NCBI GenBank assembly: GCA_963805855.1
Contig: CAWDVW010000007.1
Location: 416,001 to 480,000, forward strand
Source of the DNA: Candidatus Dadabacteria bacterium
GTDB taxonomy: Bacteria; Desulfobacterota_D; UBA1144; Nemesobacterales; CSP1-2
DNA length: 64,000 bases
Reading direction: 5' to 3'
Below the pieces are notes generated by a model, which did not search any database, was not told the origin of the DNA, and saw only the letters and a program-made list of their open reading frames with translations. Positions 38,093-49,790 of this stretch are shown here, piece after piece. The position numbers and the translations under genes are program-made. Position 1 is the stretch's first letter. Every line of letters begins with the position of its first letter.

Positions 38093-40761
38093 TGACGAAA
38101 TAAGAAGTCAATATTGACCTCGTCATTATCCTTTTTTTTCGCTTCACTAGCGTTCCCACTGTAACTACTCTGGATGTAGTCATTATTCGAATCTGCAACA
38201 TCAGTAACTGTCTCACGAATTATCGAATCCGACGTGTATGGAATATTACCATAGGGCGTATTGGCAATTCGTATTCCATTCGGGACTTCAAATTCGCCAC
38301 CGGGAATTTTGTTCAAAACTGTCTGCATAAAATCCTTCCATATAGGAAGAGCAGCCCTCGAGCCAGCCTCACCCTTCCCTAACGAAGTGTGGTTATCCTT
38401 ACCCACCCAGACACCGGCTGTAATGCGGGGACTAAATCCGATAAACCATGCATCCGTAAACTCGTTCGTAGTACCTGTTTTCCCGGCGACGGGCGCAATA
38501 GAGTTGAGATCACTTGCCCTTCGTCCGGTGCCTTCGTTAATAACTGCTTCCAGTAAATCAGTGACGATAAATGCTGTTTCGGGGCTTATAACCTGGTTTT
38601 CGGGATTTGAACTTGATAGGCTAATTGATTTTGATCTCAACCCTCTGAGAAAATCTTGAGGCGATGAATATGTCAACGCTTCATCTCTATAATTGAAGTC
38701 TTTATTCGCGACATCTTCCTCCTTCAGGTAATCCTCATCGTCGTCGGATCTGCTCCTAAATGTACTGCCAATGCTCTTAGCAATCTTCTCTAAAATTTTT
38801 ATGCGTTTTTTTCCCCTATCTTCCCTATCTTCCCTTGCAATCTCGTCATTGGACCGTAACTTGCCCGAAACGTTATCCTCTATCATCGTCCCATTCCGAT
38901 CATATACACGAAGTATTAATCGAGGCTCTACAAGCTTACCGCCGGACGCGAACACATTATAAGCATTTACTAATTCTAATAAAGTTACGTCTGAACCTCC
39001 GAGTGCAAGGGACGGGTACGGGTATAGATGAGATTTAAATCCAAATCTCTTTGCATATTCTACCACTCGTCTGGCACTTATATCTAAAAGTATCCTCACG
39101 GTTGCCATATTCCTCGATCTAGCAAGGGCATTCCGTAGAATCATCGGCCCCAAATACTCTCCATCATAGTTCTTAGGAGCCCAGTCCTTGATTGCCACAG
39201 GCATGTCATATACGACGGATGTTTCAGTGTACCCTTTAGCAATCGCTGCAGCATAAACAAACGGTTTAAATGCAGATCCAGGCTGCCTTAGTGCTTGCGT
39301 AACCCTGTTAAATTGAGAATCTAGAAAATCGTAACCGCCCACCAACGCCGTTACATTACCGGAGACATCCATGGCCATTAAGGCCCCCTGGACCTTAGGC
39401 TTCGCGTCCAATGAAACCCGATAGACCCCATTTTCGCTATCATTAACCTTTACTTTTATAACATCTCCGACCTTTAGTTTGAACGGAATCAGGCTAATTC
39501 GTCCATATCCATTTATCGGCGCGAAGTTGTCAGACAAATCAGATTTCAAACCCTTTACGGGGCTTCCCAAAGGTGAGCTGACAGCATATTCGAATATTCC
39601 CGTTTTATTGCCTAGGCCGACCTCTGCTTTATACACGGCTTCTAGATTCTCGATATTAGATTGACCGATTAATACAACTTCGTAGTTATTGCCTTCTTGA
39701 ATGTTGTCAATCTTTTGCGCTTCTCTGAATTTATTTACACCTTCCTTGTTTTTTAGATTCTTGATAACAAGGTTATGCCCCCTTCTAGATTCGAGATCGA
39801 GTATTCCCCGTCTCAACGCCCACTGAGCTGCCAGACTTTGATCGGTATCGATCGTAGTAAATATCTTGTAACCACCCTTACGAAAAGCTTTCGTACCGAC
39901 CATGTTTTCCACATGCTGTCTTACAAGCTCCACAAAATAAGGTGCAACATCAACAACCATGTTGCCCTTTGGCATAATGTTAATTTTATACGCCTCGGCT
40001 TCCCGCCTTTGCTTTTTAGTTATAAAGTTATCTTCCTCCATTATCTTTAGCACCAGCCTCTGCCTTTTGATGGCCCTATCAAAATGTTTACGGGGCGAGA
40101 AGTACTCCGGCCTCTTCGGTAAACCAGCAAGAAAAGCAGCCTCTGCAATATTAATATCCCTTGCCGATTTACCGAAATAGTTATTGCTGGCAGCTTCAAT
40201 CCCATATGTTCCATCCGCTAGATAGATATGATTGAGATAAATATAGAATATCTCGTCTTTAGAAAGGTTATTTTCCATCCTGTAAGCGAGAATCGCCTCT
40301 TTGATCTTTCGAGAAATGCTTTTCTCAGGTGAGAGAACCAGATTTTTTGTTACCTGCTGAGTTATGGTGCTAGCTCCTTGTACAATTTCACCTTCCTTTA
40401 TGTTTGTTATAAGGGCAGCTATGATTCTCATAACATCAACACCCCTATGATGAAAGAAGCGCTTATCCTCTATGGCTAAGAAGGCACTTTTAACGCGTTC
40501 AGGAATTTCTTCATATGGAATGAGTTTTCTCTTTTGGGTCGCAAACTCCGCGATTAACTTACCGTCAGACGAGTAAATTTCGTTTATTACGGGAGGTTCG
40601 TAACCAGTGATTTTTGTTAAGTCCGGGAGATCGTAGATATAATACCAGTATACGACATATAGAGATAAGAGGGGTAACACTACAAAAGCAAGAAAAAGGA
40701 GAAAAAAAAGTTTTATTCTTGGTTTCTTACGACGGTGCTTCAATTGCTTCTTTTTCATCAA
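38089..40761 (-). CDS. mrcA: Class A penicillin-binding protein 1A
   Basis: TM anchor; EDKRFF.H.G, GASTITQQ, RKIKE; SAFK (SxxK), SRN and KTGT. Confidence 0.92.
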   Translation of the reverse strand: MMKKKQLKHRRKKPRIKLFFLLFLAFVVLPLLSLYVVYWYYIYDLPDLTKITGYEPPVINEIYSSDGKLIAEFATQKRKLIPYEEIPERVKSAFLAIEDKRFFHHRGVDVMRIIAALITNIKEGEIVQGASTITQQVTKNLVLSPEKSISRKIKEAILAYRMENNLSKDEIFYIYLNHIYLADGTYGIEAASNNYFGKSARDINIAEAAFLAGLPKRPEYFSPRKHFDRAIKRQRLVLKIMEEDNFITKKQRREAEAYKINIMPKGNMVVDVAPYFVELVRQHVENMVGTKAFRKGGYKIFTTIDTDQSLAAQWALRRGILDLESRRGHNLVIKNLKNKEGVNKFREAQKIDNIQEGNNYEVVLIGQSNIENLEAVYKAEVGLGNKTGIFEYAVSSPLGSPVKGLKSDLSDNFAPINGYGRISLIPFKLKVGDVIKVKVNDSENGVYRVSLDAKPKVQGALMAMDVSGNVTALVGGYDFLDSQFNRVTQALRQPGSAFKPFVYAAAIAKGYTETSVVYDMPVAIKDWAPKNYDGEYLGPMILRNALARSRNMATVRILLDISARRVVEYAKRFGFKSHLYPYPSLALGGSDVTLLELVNAYNVFASGGKLVEPRLILRVYDRNGTMIEDNVSGKLRSNDEIAREDREDRGKKRIKILEKIAKSIGSTFRSRSDDDEDYLKEEDVANKDFNYRDEALTYSSPQDFLRGLRSKSISLSSSNPENQVISPETAFIVTDLLEAVINEGTGRRASDLNSIAPVAGKTGTTNEFTDAWFIGFSPRITAGVWVGKDNHTSLGKGEAGSRAALPIWKDFMQTVLNKIPGGEFEVPNGIRIANTPYGNIPYTSDSIIRETVTDVADSNNDYIQSSYSGNASEAKKKDNDEVNIDFLFRH

Positions 40762-40852
40762 AAATGATCACGCCCTCGGTTATTTGACAATATTAGGTGC
40801 ATTAATTAGCCTTAAAATATATACTTCTCCTTATTTATTAGTATATTAAACA

Positions 40853-41062
40853 ATGGAAAATCAAGAAAATCAAGGAAATGGATCACTTGATGAGTTTATC
40901 CGAGACATTAAAGACCAAGAGCTAAAGGGCATTTTGTTAAAGCTTAAGAATGAGATTAGAAAACCCGATGTTCCGTGGGTAGATATTAAGACTATCCTTA
41001 GATCTCTCAACAATAAAGATAAAGACGCCCTTTGCAAAATTCTGCCATGGATCATTAATTAG
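40853..41062 (+). CDS. Small hypothetical protein
   Basis: 69-aa helical-looking ORF with TATATT 5 nt before the ATG. Confidence 0.6.
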   Translation: MENQENQGNGSLDEFIRDIKDQELKGILLKLKNEIRKPDVPWVDIKTILRSLNNKDKDALCKILPWIIN

Positions 41063-41288
41063 GCTGGGCTTACATCTTTTAAAGGTTTCTTTAAATATAA
41101 AGAGCGCGTTTTTTTCTCGGCAGAATGCACAATTGATAACGGTTATTAGCAAATTTAATAAATATTGATTAGCAAGACCCCAAAATAGCTCATTTTCTAG
41201 TATCCTTGAGAGGTATCTTTTAAAAAATTTCTAAATCGAAGAGCTAGACCGGTAGAAATCGTCAACAATTAGGTATGGATAATAAAAT

Positions 41289-42230
41289 TTGGAGAAAATC
41301 GTGATAAAACCTCCGGTCGATAACATATTAGATCTAATTGGAGACACCTATATCATAAAACTGAATAGACTCATTCCCGAGTCTTCGGCAACAGTCTGGG
41401 CCAAACTCGAGAACATGAACCCCGCGGGAAGCGTCAAAGAAAGAATCTGTTTAGGCATGATTGAGGCCGCAGAAAGGGAAAAGAAAATACATCCTTCAAG
41501 GACAGTCGTGGTCGAACCAACAAGTGGGAACACCGGTATTGGGCTTGCCCTTGTTTGTGCAGTTAAAGGCTATAGATTAATACTCACTATGCCCGATGAC
41601 ATGAGCATTGAAAGAAGGCTGCTTTTTGCTGCATATGGGGCAGAACTAATCCTTACCCCTGCTCGGGAACAGATGGAAGGTGCAGTAAGAAAAGCTGAAG
41701 AGATAGTTCACAATAATTCCGAAGCATTCATGCCGCAGCAATTTAAGAACCCGGAAAATCCCGAGACGCACAGGAAGACTACAGCACCTGAAATACTTGA
41801 GCAATTCCCGGGAGAGATCCATGCATTTGTTGCCGGCGTTGGAACTGGTGGAACTATCACCGGCACGGGTGAGGTTCTCAAGGAAAGGTTTCCAAATATT
41901 CTGATCGTCGCTGTTGAACCTGCGGAATCCGCTGTTCTATCAGGGAAAAAAGGAAGTGTTCACGAGATTCAAGGAATTGGTGCGGGTTTTATTCCAGAAA
42001 TATTGAATACGAGTATCTACGATGAGATCATTACTATAACAGGGGAGGAGGCAAAGAAATTTACGAGGCTTATAGCAAGAAAAGAGGGTCTCCTTGTAGG
42101 AATATCGGCAGGGGCTAATGGGCTCGCTGCCGCCAGGATTGCCGAGAGGCTTGGACCCAGTAAGCAGGTCTTAACTGTGTTTTGTGACACTGGGGAAAGA
42201 TACCTGAGTACAGGTGTTTTTGATCAATAA
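41289..42230 (+). CDS. cysK: Cysteine synthase A
   Basis: KLE..NPAGSVKER, EPTSGNTG, GVGTGGT, H.IQGIGAG and DTGERYLS motifs. Confidence 0.95.
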   Translation: MEKIVIKPPVDNILDLIGDTYIIKLNRLIPESSATVWAKLENMNPAGSVKERICLGMIEAAEREKKIHPSRTVVVEPTSGNTGIGLALVCAVKGYRLILTMPDDMSIERRLLFAAYGAELILTPAREQMEGAVRKAEEIVHNNSEAFMPQQFKNPENPETHRKTTAPEILEQFPGEIHAFVAGVGTGGTITGTGEVLKERFPNILIVAVEPAESAVLSGKKGSVHEIQGIGAGFIPEILNTSIYDEIITITGEEAKKFTRLIARKEGLLVGISAGANGLAAARIAERLGPSKQVLTVFCDTGERYLSTGVFDQ

Positions 42231-42357
42231 TGGTTAAAGGACAAGCAGTCAGAGACCCCTACCCTATCATGTAATTTAATCTTAACAACTATTATTGAAA
42301 ACCAATTTTAACTATGCTATCATTCTAGTGTATATTTCCAAATAAATTGAGGTAATT

Positions 42358-44247
42358 GTGAGTAGTCAATTGTTCAAAAATTTAATTCTCTGGCTAGTTA
42401 TTTTTGTGGCAATTATTGCGCTCTACCAATTAATTCATACCCCGAGGAACAATTATTTAGAGATACCGTATAGTGAATTCCTTTCGAGCCTTGACCGAGG
42501 CGAAATCAAAGATATTGAAGTTAGGGGAGAAGAGATTAAGGGTACTTTTTTGTCCAATGATAGAGATCAGTTATCCCAAGGATTCAAAACGGTAGGGCCA
42601 ACGAGTGACGATCTTGTAAAGAAGCTTGGGGAAAAGGGTGTTACGTTTAAATTCGCCGAACAACAGGAAGGATCCTTAACACACCTCCTGTTCAACTGGG
42701 CTCCGCTCATACTTCTAATCGTAATAATGGTTTTCTTTATGAGGCAATTACAGGCCGGGGGTACTAAGGCCATGTCATTTGGAAAAAACCGGGCACGCAT
42801 GCTCTCGGAAAACCAAAATAAGATCACGTTTAAGGATGTCGCAGGTATAGAAGAGGCGAAAGAAGAGGTTCAAGAAATTGTTGAGTTTCTTAAGAATCCA
42901 AAGAAATTCACACGACTCGGGGGGCGTATTCCAAAGGGAGTTTTGCTCGTCGGGCCACCAGGAACGGGAAAAACACTGCTGGCGAAGGCGATAGCCGGAG
43001 AGGCAGGGGTTCCTTTTTTCATAATTAGTGGAAGCGATTTTGTGGAGATGTTTGTAGGTGTTGGCGCATCCAGGGTCCGAGACCTTTTCGGCCAGGCAAA
43101 ACGCCACTCTCCGTGCATAATATTTGTGGATGAGCTAGATGCTGTTGGACGACACAGGGGAGCCGGCCTCGGCGGGGGACACGACGAAAGAGAACAAACC
43201 CTTAACCAGCTTCTTGTTGAGATGGATGGATTTGAGCCCAACGAAGGTATTATCGTAATTGCCGCTACAAATAGACCGGACGTTTTGGATCCGGCACTCC
43301 TTAGACCCGGCAGATTTGACAGGCAGGTAGTTGTCCCTAGACCCGATGTGAGGGGTAGAGAAGAGATACTAAAAGTACACACTACTAACACACCGGTTGA
43401 AGAGAATGTCAGCCTTCAATTAATCGCGCGTTCGACTCCCGGATTTACAGGTGCTGACCTGGAGAACCTAGTAAATGAGGCAGCTCTGCATGCCGCTCGC
43501 GTTGGCAGGACGAAAATATGCATGGAAGATTTTGAATACTCGAAGGACAAGGTTATCATGGGAGTTGAGAGAAAGAGTCTCATAATCAGCGATAGTGAAA
43601 AAAGGATTACAGCCTATCATGAAGGCGGTCATGCTCTTGTTGCCAAGCTTACTCCGGGAACCGATCCAATTCATAAGGTGACTATAATTCCTCGAGGCTT
43701 GGCTCTTGGGGTAACCCAGCAGCTCCCCATAGAGGATAAATACACGCTCGCAAGAGAGTATCTAAACAAGACGATTATGGTACTTCTTGGTGGGAGGGCG
43801 GCTGAAGAAATTGTGTTTGCAGAAAGAACCAGCGGTGCGGGAAATGATCTCGAAAGGGCATCTGAGATTGCGAGAAAGATGGTTTGCGAATGGGGTATGA
43901 GCGACAAGGTTGGTCCGGTTACATTCGGCAAGAAAGAGGAGCAGATATTCCTGGGGAAAGAGATTGCTCGAAGCAAAGATTACAGTGAGGCGACTGCCCT
44001 CGAAATCGATAATGAAGTAAAAAGGATTGTGAATGAAAGCTATGAAAAGGCAAAGACTGTTCTAGAGGAAAATATAGACTTACTTCACAAACTTGCCGAA
44101 GTCTTGCTCGATAAAGAGGTAGTAGATGCGAAAGAGCTCGATGAGTTGGTCAAGCAAAATAGAAAGAATTATCCCTCTTGGGAGAGTGGTCTTAGTCAAC
44201 AGAGTACAGTAGCATTGAGAACAAAGATCGATGATTCCAGCACGTAA
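42358..44247 (+). CDS. ftsH: ATP-dependent zinc metalloprotease FtsH
   Basis: Two TM helices, [22 protein letters not shown]. Confidence 0.98.
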   Translation: MSSQLFKNLILWLVIFVAIIALYQLIHTPRNNYLEIPYSEFLSSLDRGEIKDIEVRGEEIKGTFLSNDRDQLSQGFKTVGPTSDDLVKKLGEKGVTFKFAEQQEGSLTHLLFNWAPLILLIVIMVFFMRQLQAGGTKAMSFGKNRARMLSENQNKITFKDVAGIEEAKEEVQEIVEFLKNPKKFTRLGGRIPKGVLLVGPPGTGKTLLAKAIAGEAGVPFFIISGSDFVEMFVGVGASRVRDLFGQAKRHSPCIIFVDELDAVGRHRGAGLGGGHDEREQTLNQLLVEMDGFEPNEGIIVIAATNRPDVLDPALLRPGRFDRQVVVPRPDVRGREEILKVHTTNTPVEENVSLQLIARSTPGFTGADLENLVNEAALHAARVGRTKICMEDFEYSKDKVIMGVERKSLIISDSEKRITAYHEGGHALVAKLTPGTDPIHKVTIIPRGLALGVTQQLPIEDKYTLAREYLNKTIMVLLGGRAAEEIVFAERTSGAGNDLERASEIARKMVCEWGMSDKVGPVTFGKKEEQIFLGKEIARSKDYSEATALEIDNEVKRIVNESYEKAKTVLEENIDLLHKLAEVLLDKEVVDAKELDELVKQNRKNYPSWESGLSQQSTVALRTKIDDSST

Positions 44248-44353
44248 TTGCTCTCTAAGAACTATCCATCTGCGGGTTATTATCTAATCCAACATTTGCT
44301 GACCTTTGGAATGTGATTGCCTAAAAATCTATGAGTAAAAAGCAAGTGTTTTT

Positions 44354-45271
44354 ATGCAAGAAAGCATAACTCAAATCGATAAAGCTATCTCTCCAGAAAA
44401 ACAAAAATCTGTTTGTCACGACACTAAGTCTGATGATCTAAGACTCAGAGATTTTAGTTTCGATCTTAGCTCCAAAACGCTCATCATGGGCGTTCTAAAT
44501 GTAACACCCGATTCCTTCTTTGACGGTGGAAAGTATCTTGAAATAGACAAAGCGCTAAGCCATCTAGATGAAATGATCAACGATGGGGCCGACATCATAG
44601 ATATCGGGGGCGAATCAACGAGGCCTGGCTCGCAAGGTGTTTCCGAAAGAGTAGAACTTGAGCGAGTCATACCTGTAATCAAAGCGGCTGTAAAGCGCTT
44701 CAATGGTCCGGTGTCAATAGATACAACCAAGTCAAAGGTAGCCAAAGTGGCTTTAGAAGAAGGCGCATCCATGGTAAACGATATTAGTGGACTTAAATTT
44801 GATCCGGAGATTGCAAAGATAGTCGCTGCTTACGGGGCAGGACTTGTTGTCATGCATACCCCTTCTCATCCAATAGACATGCAGAATATGACAAATTATG
44901 CATCAATTGTTCATGATATAATTAAATCGCTTAGTGATTCCGTCGAATTGGCAGAAAGCGCTGGGGTGTCACCATACAGTATAATGGTAGATCCCGGAAT
45001 TGGCTTTGGAAAAACCGCCGAGCAAAACCTCAAACTTCTAAAGTACTTAAATGAATTTCTCAGTCTCGGAAAGCCGGTATTGATCGGCACTTCAAGAAAA
45101 TCATTCATTGGCAAAATAATTGGCTCTGATAATTTAGACGACAGATTAGAAGGTACTTCCGCTACTGTCGCAATAGCTATAATGAATGGCGCATCAATTA
45201 TAAGGGTACACGACGTGCGGTATATGAAGAGGGTTGCTAGGGTAGTGGATGCAATTGTAAGTACAGAGTGA
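44354..45271 (+). CDS. folP: Dihydropteroate synthase
   Basis: MGVLNVTPDSF, GGESTRPG, DPGIGFGK, SRKS and RVHDV motifs. Confidence 0.97.
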   Translation: MQESITQIDKAISPEKQKSVCHDTKSDDLRLRDFSFDLSSKTLIMGVLNVTPDSFFDGGKYLEIDKALSHLDEMINDGADIIDIGGESTRPGSQGVSERVELERVIPVIKAAVKRFNGPVSIDTTKSKVAKVALEEGASMVNDISGLKFDPEIAKIVAAYGAGLVVMHTPSHPIDMQNMTNYASIVHDIIKSLSDSVELAESAGVSPYSIMVDPGIGFGKTAEQNLKLLKYLNEFLSLGKPVLIGTSRKSFIGKIIGSDNLDDRLEGTSATVAIAIMNGASIIRVHDVRYMKRVARVVDAIVSTE

Positions 45272-45322
45272 TTAAGTCTTTTTGAAGTAGTAGTAAAATC
45301 ATCAAATTTGAAGGTTTAAACG

Positions 45323-46156
45323 GTGTTTGACGCAATATCAAACTTTAGAATCGTGTGGGACAGCCTAGACATATTTATAGTTGCGTTGATCATATATTAT
45401 ATCCTGACCCTGATCGAGGGGACCCGAGCAGTTCAAATGCTTGTAGGTCTTGGCGCACTGTTCCTGTTGTATCTCTTCTCTCAACGATGGGAATTCTTCA
45501 CGCTTGGCTGGATATTAGGGCATTTCCTGGGTTCCATAATCTTAATTGTTGTCATACTATTTCAACAGGATATCAGAAAAGCCCTCGCGGCACTTGGCAA
45601 AAATCCTTTTCTCATAAATATATCTCCAGGAAAGTCGGAAAAACATATTGTTGATGAAATCGTGAAGGCGACCAGTTTTTTGTCCAGTCGACAGATCGGC
45701 GCGATTATAGCATTAGAGAAAGATAACAGCCTAGCCGATTTTGTTGAAATAGGAATGAAGATTGATGGTTGGGTATCTACGGAACTTATAATAAGCATAT
45801 TCAATCCTTCGTCTCCACTGCATGACGGTGGAATTATAATCGGAAATAACAAAATCTTATCTGCCGGATCCTTTTTTCCCCTTGCAACGGATCCAGAACT
45901 TGAGAGAGAGCTGGGTACGAGACATAGAGCTGCAATAGGACTGTCCAGGGAAACAGATGCCATAGTTGTGGTCGTCTCTGAGGAAACCGGCATTGTGTCC
46001 CTTGGTCATGAAGGCGAATTGACCCGGGGGCTTGACGCGACTTCTCTTACTAACCGTCTTAACGACCTATTGGAATTAAAAAAGCAAAGCACAGAAAGAA
46101 TTGGCCTTATAGACCGCATACTAAGGAAGAGGCAAGTAGAAAGGAAAAGTGTTTAA
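45323..46156 (+). CDS. cdaA: Diadenylate cyclase CdaA
   Basis: Three TM segments, FQQDIR, PLHDGG, GTRHRAA and VSEETG motifs. Confidence 0.95.
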   Translation: MFDAISNFRIVWDSLDIFIVALIIYYILTLIEGTRAVQMLVGLGALFLLYLFSQRWEFFTLGWILGHFLGSIILIVVILFQQDIRKALAALGKNPFLINISPGKSEKHIVDEIVKATSFLSSRQIGAIIALEKDNSLADFVEIGMKIDGWVSTELIISIFNPSSPLHDGGIIIGNNKILSAGSFFPLATDPELERELGTRHRAAIGLSRETDAIVVVVSEETGIVSLGHEGELTRGLDATSLTNRLNDLLELKKQSTERIGLIDRILRKRQVERKSV

Positions 46157-47099
46157 CAATATAAGTAATGCAATTAAAAATATTTTCGTTAAAAATATAG
46201 GGAAAAAGATTTTCGCGGTCGCCATTGCAATATTTATTTGGCTTGTGGTCTCACTGGAGTCAAGTGTTGAAAAGAATATTACAATAGATGTCAATTACGT
46301 GAATTTGCCTCCGGACCTGGTTATTACAAATGAACCTCCGGAAGAACTGAATCTCCTTGTCAGAGGCACACGAACCCAGCTATCAACCCTTTCGCCCCAA
46401 AATCTAATTTTTACAATCGACGTCGCTCATGTCTCCACTGGTGTATCCAAGTTCAACATACGGACAGAGCAAATAAGGCCACCCCGAGGAATACAAGTGA
46501 TTGGAATCAGCCCTGCTGAAGTAACAGTCGATGTAGACGAGTTAATCCGTAAGGATGTCCCTGTCGAAGCTATAATAGGTGCTCCAGAGACTGGATATGA
46601 GATCGTAGGAAAGCCCGACGTTGTACCACCTATGGCAACAGTCAGTGGTCCTAAATCAATTGTTTCCGAAATGAAATTTATACCAACAGATACCATATCT
46701 ACTATACGAGAAACGTCAAAGTTTACAATCGAAGTACCTCTGCGATCCCCTAATCGTTTGGTAAATCTCGTTGGTGATAAAACAACTCGCGTTACTATAA
46801 ACATAGAGGAAAAGACACTGGAAAAAGAGTTCAAAGACCTGGATATAAAATTTGTAAACTTTGAGAATCTAAATTTTGAACCGAGAGGAATGTTAAAGGC
46901 TGAGGTTGCATTCGAAGGACCTTACAGTCTTATAAAGAACCTGAATAGCAATGATATTGAGGTATATGTGGATGTTGGCAAGCTTAAGGAAACTAACAAG
47001 AAATTACAGAAATTAAACGTAAGTGTTTCTTATCCTTTTACCAATAGCATAAAGCTAAAGAAACAGGAACCCAAGACACTTGAAATAAAATTAAACTAG
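46149..47099 (+). CDS. cdaR: CdaR/YbbR-domain protein
   Basis: N-terminal TM followed by repeated YbbR-like beta domains; located between cdaA and glmM. Confidence 0.85.
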   Translation: MFNNISNAIKNIFVKNIGKKIFAVAIAIFIWLVVSLESSVEKNITIDVNYVNLPPDLVITNEPPEELNLLVRGTRTQLSTLSPQNLIFTIDVAHVSTGVSKFNIRTEQIRPPRGIQVIGISPAEVTVDVDELIRKDVPVEAIIGAPETGYEIVGKPDVVPPMATVSGPKSIVSEMKFIPTDTISTIRETSKFTIEVPLRSPNRLVNLVGDKTTRVTINIEEKTLEKEFKDLDIKFVNFENLNFEPRGMLKAEVAFEGPYSLIKNLNSNDIEVYVDVGKLKETNKKLQKLNVSVSYPFTNSIKLKKQEPKTLEIKLN

Positions 47100-47106
47100 C
47101 CGGAGA

Positions 47107-48489
47107 ATGGATTTGAACCATAAAAGAGAGCGTCTCTTTGGCACAGATGGAATAAGGGGGATAGCAAATCTACACCCCATGACTCCGGAGATAAGCCTAA
47201 GACTTGGAAAGGCTCTTGTAAGTGTCCTGAAGCATGAGATATCAGATGAAAGGAGACTGAAAGTCGTAATCGGAAAGGACACAAGGCTATCAGGTTACAT
47301 TTTTGAACAGGCTATATCTGCCGGAATTGCGTCGATGGGAGCGGACGTTCTCCTTGTTGGCCCCCTTCCTACACCTGCGGTAGCATTTCTTACAACAAAT
47401 ATGCGAGCCGATGCCGGAGTGGTGATATCCGCCTCCCATAACCCCTTTGAAGATAACGGAATTAAGGTTTTTGATAAACTTGGCTTTAAACTCCCGGATG
47501 AGAAGGAATTGGAAATAGAGGAATTAATTTCAAGCGACAGGATCGATGATTTAAGGGTCAAGGGAACGGAGATTGGAAAAGCTTTCAGGGTTGACGACGC
47601 GCCTGGAAGGTATGTGGTATTCGTTAAGAATACGCTTCCCAAGGATTTAACACTTGATGGGTTCAAGATAGTTCTCGATTGTGCAAACGGCGCGTCTTAT
47701 AGGGTTTCTCCCCTGGTATTTCAGGAACTAGGTGCAGAACTGACAACCGTAGGCGTTAGTCCGGATGGCAGAAATATAAATACAAGCTGTGGAAGTTTAA
47801 ATCCCGAACTACTAAGACAAAGGGTTTTAGAAATGCGTGCTGATATAGGGATCGCCCTGGATGGGGATGCAGACAGAGTGGTTTTTTGCGATGAGACCGG
47901 CAATGTAGTCGATGGTGACAAAATCATAGCACTTCTTGCAGATGAAATGATTTCAACTGGTTCACTATCAAAAAACACAGTGGTTGCTACTATTATGAGC
48001 AATATGGGTCTTGAGATATTCTTAAAAAATAGGGGATGTCATCTGGTTAGGACTCAGGTCGGCGACAGATATGTAGTCGAGGAGATGAGGAGAAGGGGAT
48101 GCGATTTTGGAGGCGAGAAATCAGGACACCTAATCTTCTTAAATCACGGAACAACGGGAGATGGGACTTTAGCTGCCCTTCAAGTTTTATCAATCATGAA
48201 GAGTAAGGGCAGAAATCTCTCTGAGCTTACAAAAATACTTGATCTCTTTCCACAAATACTGATAAACGTCAGGGTTAAAGAGAAAAGACCCTTCAGCGAT
48301 ATACCCATAGTCACCAAATTAATCTCCTCAAAAGAAAAGGAACATAACGGTCAGATAAGAATTAACCTGAGATATTCTGGTACCGAGCCCGTGGCAAGAA
48401 TTATGGTAGAGGGTGAAGACGATCTGATAGTAAAGAAAACCGCCAATGAGATCGCCAACGAAATAGATCGCCAAATAGGTGAAAGGTAA
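47107..48489 (+). CDS. glmM: Phosphoglucosamine mutase
   Basis: [28 protein letters not shown] and RYSGTEP motifs. Confidence 0.97.
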   Translation: MDLNHKRERLFGTDGIRGIANLHPMTPEISLRLGKALVSVLKHEISDERRLKVVIGKDTRLSGYIFEQAISAGIASMGADVLLVGPLPTPAVAFLTTNMRADAGVVISASHNPFEDNGIKVFDKLGFKLPDEKELEIEELISSDRIDDLRVKGTEIGKAFRVDDAPGRYVVFVKNTLPKDLTLDGFKIVLDCANGASYRVSPLVFQELGAELTTVGVSPDGRNINTSCGSLNPELLRQRVLEMRADIGIALDGDADRVVFCDETGNVVDGDKIIALLADEMISTGSLSKNTVVATIMSNMGLEIFLKNRGCHLVRTQVGDRYVVEEMRRRGCDFGGEKSGHLIFLNHGTTGDGTLAALQVLSIMKSKGRNLSELTKILDLFPQILINVRVKEKRPFSDIPIVTKLISSKEKEHNGQIRINLRYSGTEPVARIMVEGEDDLIVKKTANEIANEIDRQIGER

Positions 48490-48491
48490 TC

Positions 48492-49205
48492 ATGCCAAGA
48501 CTGAATGTGAATATAGACCATGTCGCTACAATAAGGGAAGCAAGGAAATCAAGAGAGCCAGATCCGGTTCTAGCAGCTTACGTAGCTGAATTGGCAGGAG
48601 CTGAAGGCATAGTGGTCCATCTCCGGGAAGACAGGAGGCATATTCAAGACAGGGACCTCTTGATTCTTAGAAAAACCGTGAAGACAAAACTGAACCTTGA
48701 AATGGCACCGACTAGTGAGATGATAGACATAGCTTTGGATGTAAGGCCGGATATGGTCACACTCGTCCCCGAGAAGAGACAAGAAATAACCACCGAAGGC
48801 GGACTCGACGTTTTAAAAAACCCCGAGACAGTAGCGCATGTGATAAACGAGATAAAGACGGGTGGGATATTTGTTAGCGTTTTTATCGATCCTGACGTTA
48901 AACAAATTGAGCTGGTGACAAAAGCTGGCGCAGACATGGTAGAGATACATACGGGAAACTATGCCAATGCTACAAACGAAAAAGGCCAAGAGAATGAGCT
49001 GATTAAGATCCAGGAAGCAGTTGAAAATTCGGAGAAGCTTGGGCTTAGAGTAGCGGCCGGGCACGGTCTTAATTACACAAATGTACGGAAGGTATCCACT
49101 CTGAAAGGAATCGAAGAACTAAATATAGGCCACAGTATTATCGCTAATGCTGTTATCGTAGGAATTGAAAAGGCTGTAAGGGAAATGGTTGCCCTGTGCC
49201 GGTAG
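48492..49205 (+). CDS. pdxJ: Pyridoxine 5'-phosphate synthase
   Basis: [29 protein letters not shown] and NIGHS motifs. Confidence 0.97.
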   Translation: MPRLNVNIDHVATIREARKSREPDPVLAAYVAELAGAEGIVVHLREDRRHIQDRDLLILRKTVKTKLNLEMAPTSEMIDIALDVRPDMVTLVPEKRQEITTEGGLDVLKNPETVAHVINEIKTGGIFVSVFIDPDVKQIELVTKAGADMVEIHTGNYANATNEKGQENELIKIQEAVENSEKLGLRVAAGHGLNYTNVRKVSTLKGIEELNIGHSIIANAVIVGIEKAVREMVALCR

Positions 49206-49270
49206 GATATTCAAGGCTTGTAAATACAACACTAACTGATCTAGAACGGGTGATATAGTTTTCCTCACCA

Positions 49271-49750
49271 TTAAAAACCAGAAGCGCGCTGCTTTTGTTC
49301 AGGGCAAGAAGAGCAGTAGCCATAGAGTTCTAACTTATGATTGATTACATTAAAATTGTTCATTCTTGCCACTTGGTTCGAGCAGGATTCGATTTCGTCA
49401 TTGGCAAATTCTATAATCTTCCCGCATCCAAGACATATGAGATGGTCGTGATGTTCTCCTTCAAATTTTACCGGTTCATACTTGGCTCTGCCATCTCCAA
49501 AATTCCTTTCGAAAGCAAGTCCACATTCTTTAAAGAGCTTTAGGGTACGGTAAATGGTGGCATAACCAATCCTGGGATAATGTTTTTTGACACTCTCGTA
49601 AAGCTCATCAACCGTTACATGCTTACCCAGATAACTGAAAAATCTATCAAATATAACATCTCTTTGAATCGTGGATTTAAGATGCTTCTTTGCGATGTAT
49701 TCTTCCAGGTATTTTTTGCGTTCGGCCTTAGGTCTAATCTTTGGAATCAA
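49271..49750 (-). CDS. fur: Ferric uptake regulator
   Basis: T.QR, GYATIYRTL, HHDHLICLGCG and CSSC; TTG start at 49750 after SD AAGGA; the ORF-track extension overlaps the promoter. Confidence 0.88.
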   Translation of the reverse strand: MIPKIRPKAERKKYLEEYIAKKHLKSTIQRDVIFDRFFSYLGKHVTVDELYESVKKHYPRIGYATIYRTLKLFKECGLAFERNFGDGRAKYEPVKFEGEHHDHLICLGCGKIIEFANDEIESCSNQVARMNNFNVINHKLELYGYCSSCPEQKQRASGF

Positions 49751-49775
49751 TGCCGGTTCCTTATTTATATTTTTT

Positions 49776-49790
49776 TGATAATAATTATCA
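49776..49790. promoter_or_regulatory. Fur box (7-1-7) at the fur promoter
   Basis: TGATAATAATTATCA, a perfect TGATAAT-N-ATTATCA, directly downstream of TTGATA-N16-TAAAAT (49818-49791, minus strand). Confidence 0.85.
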
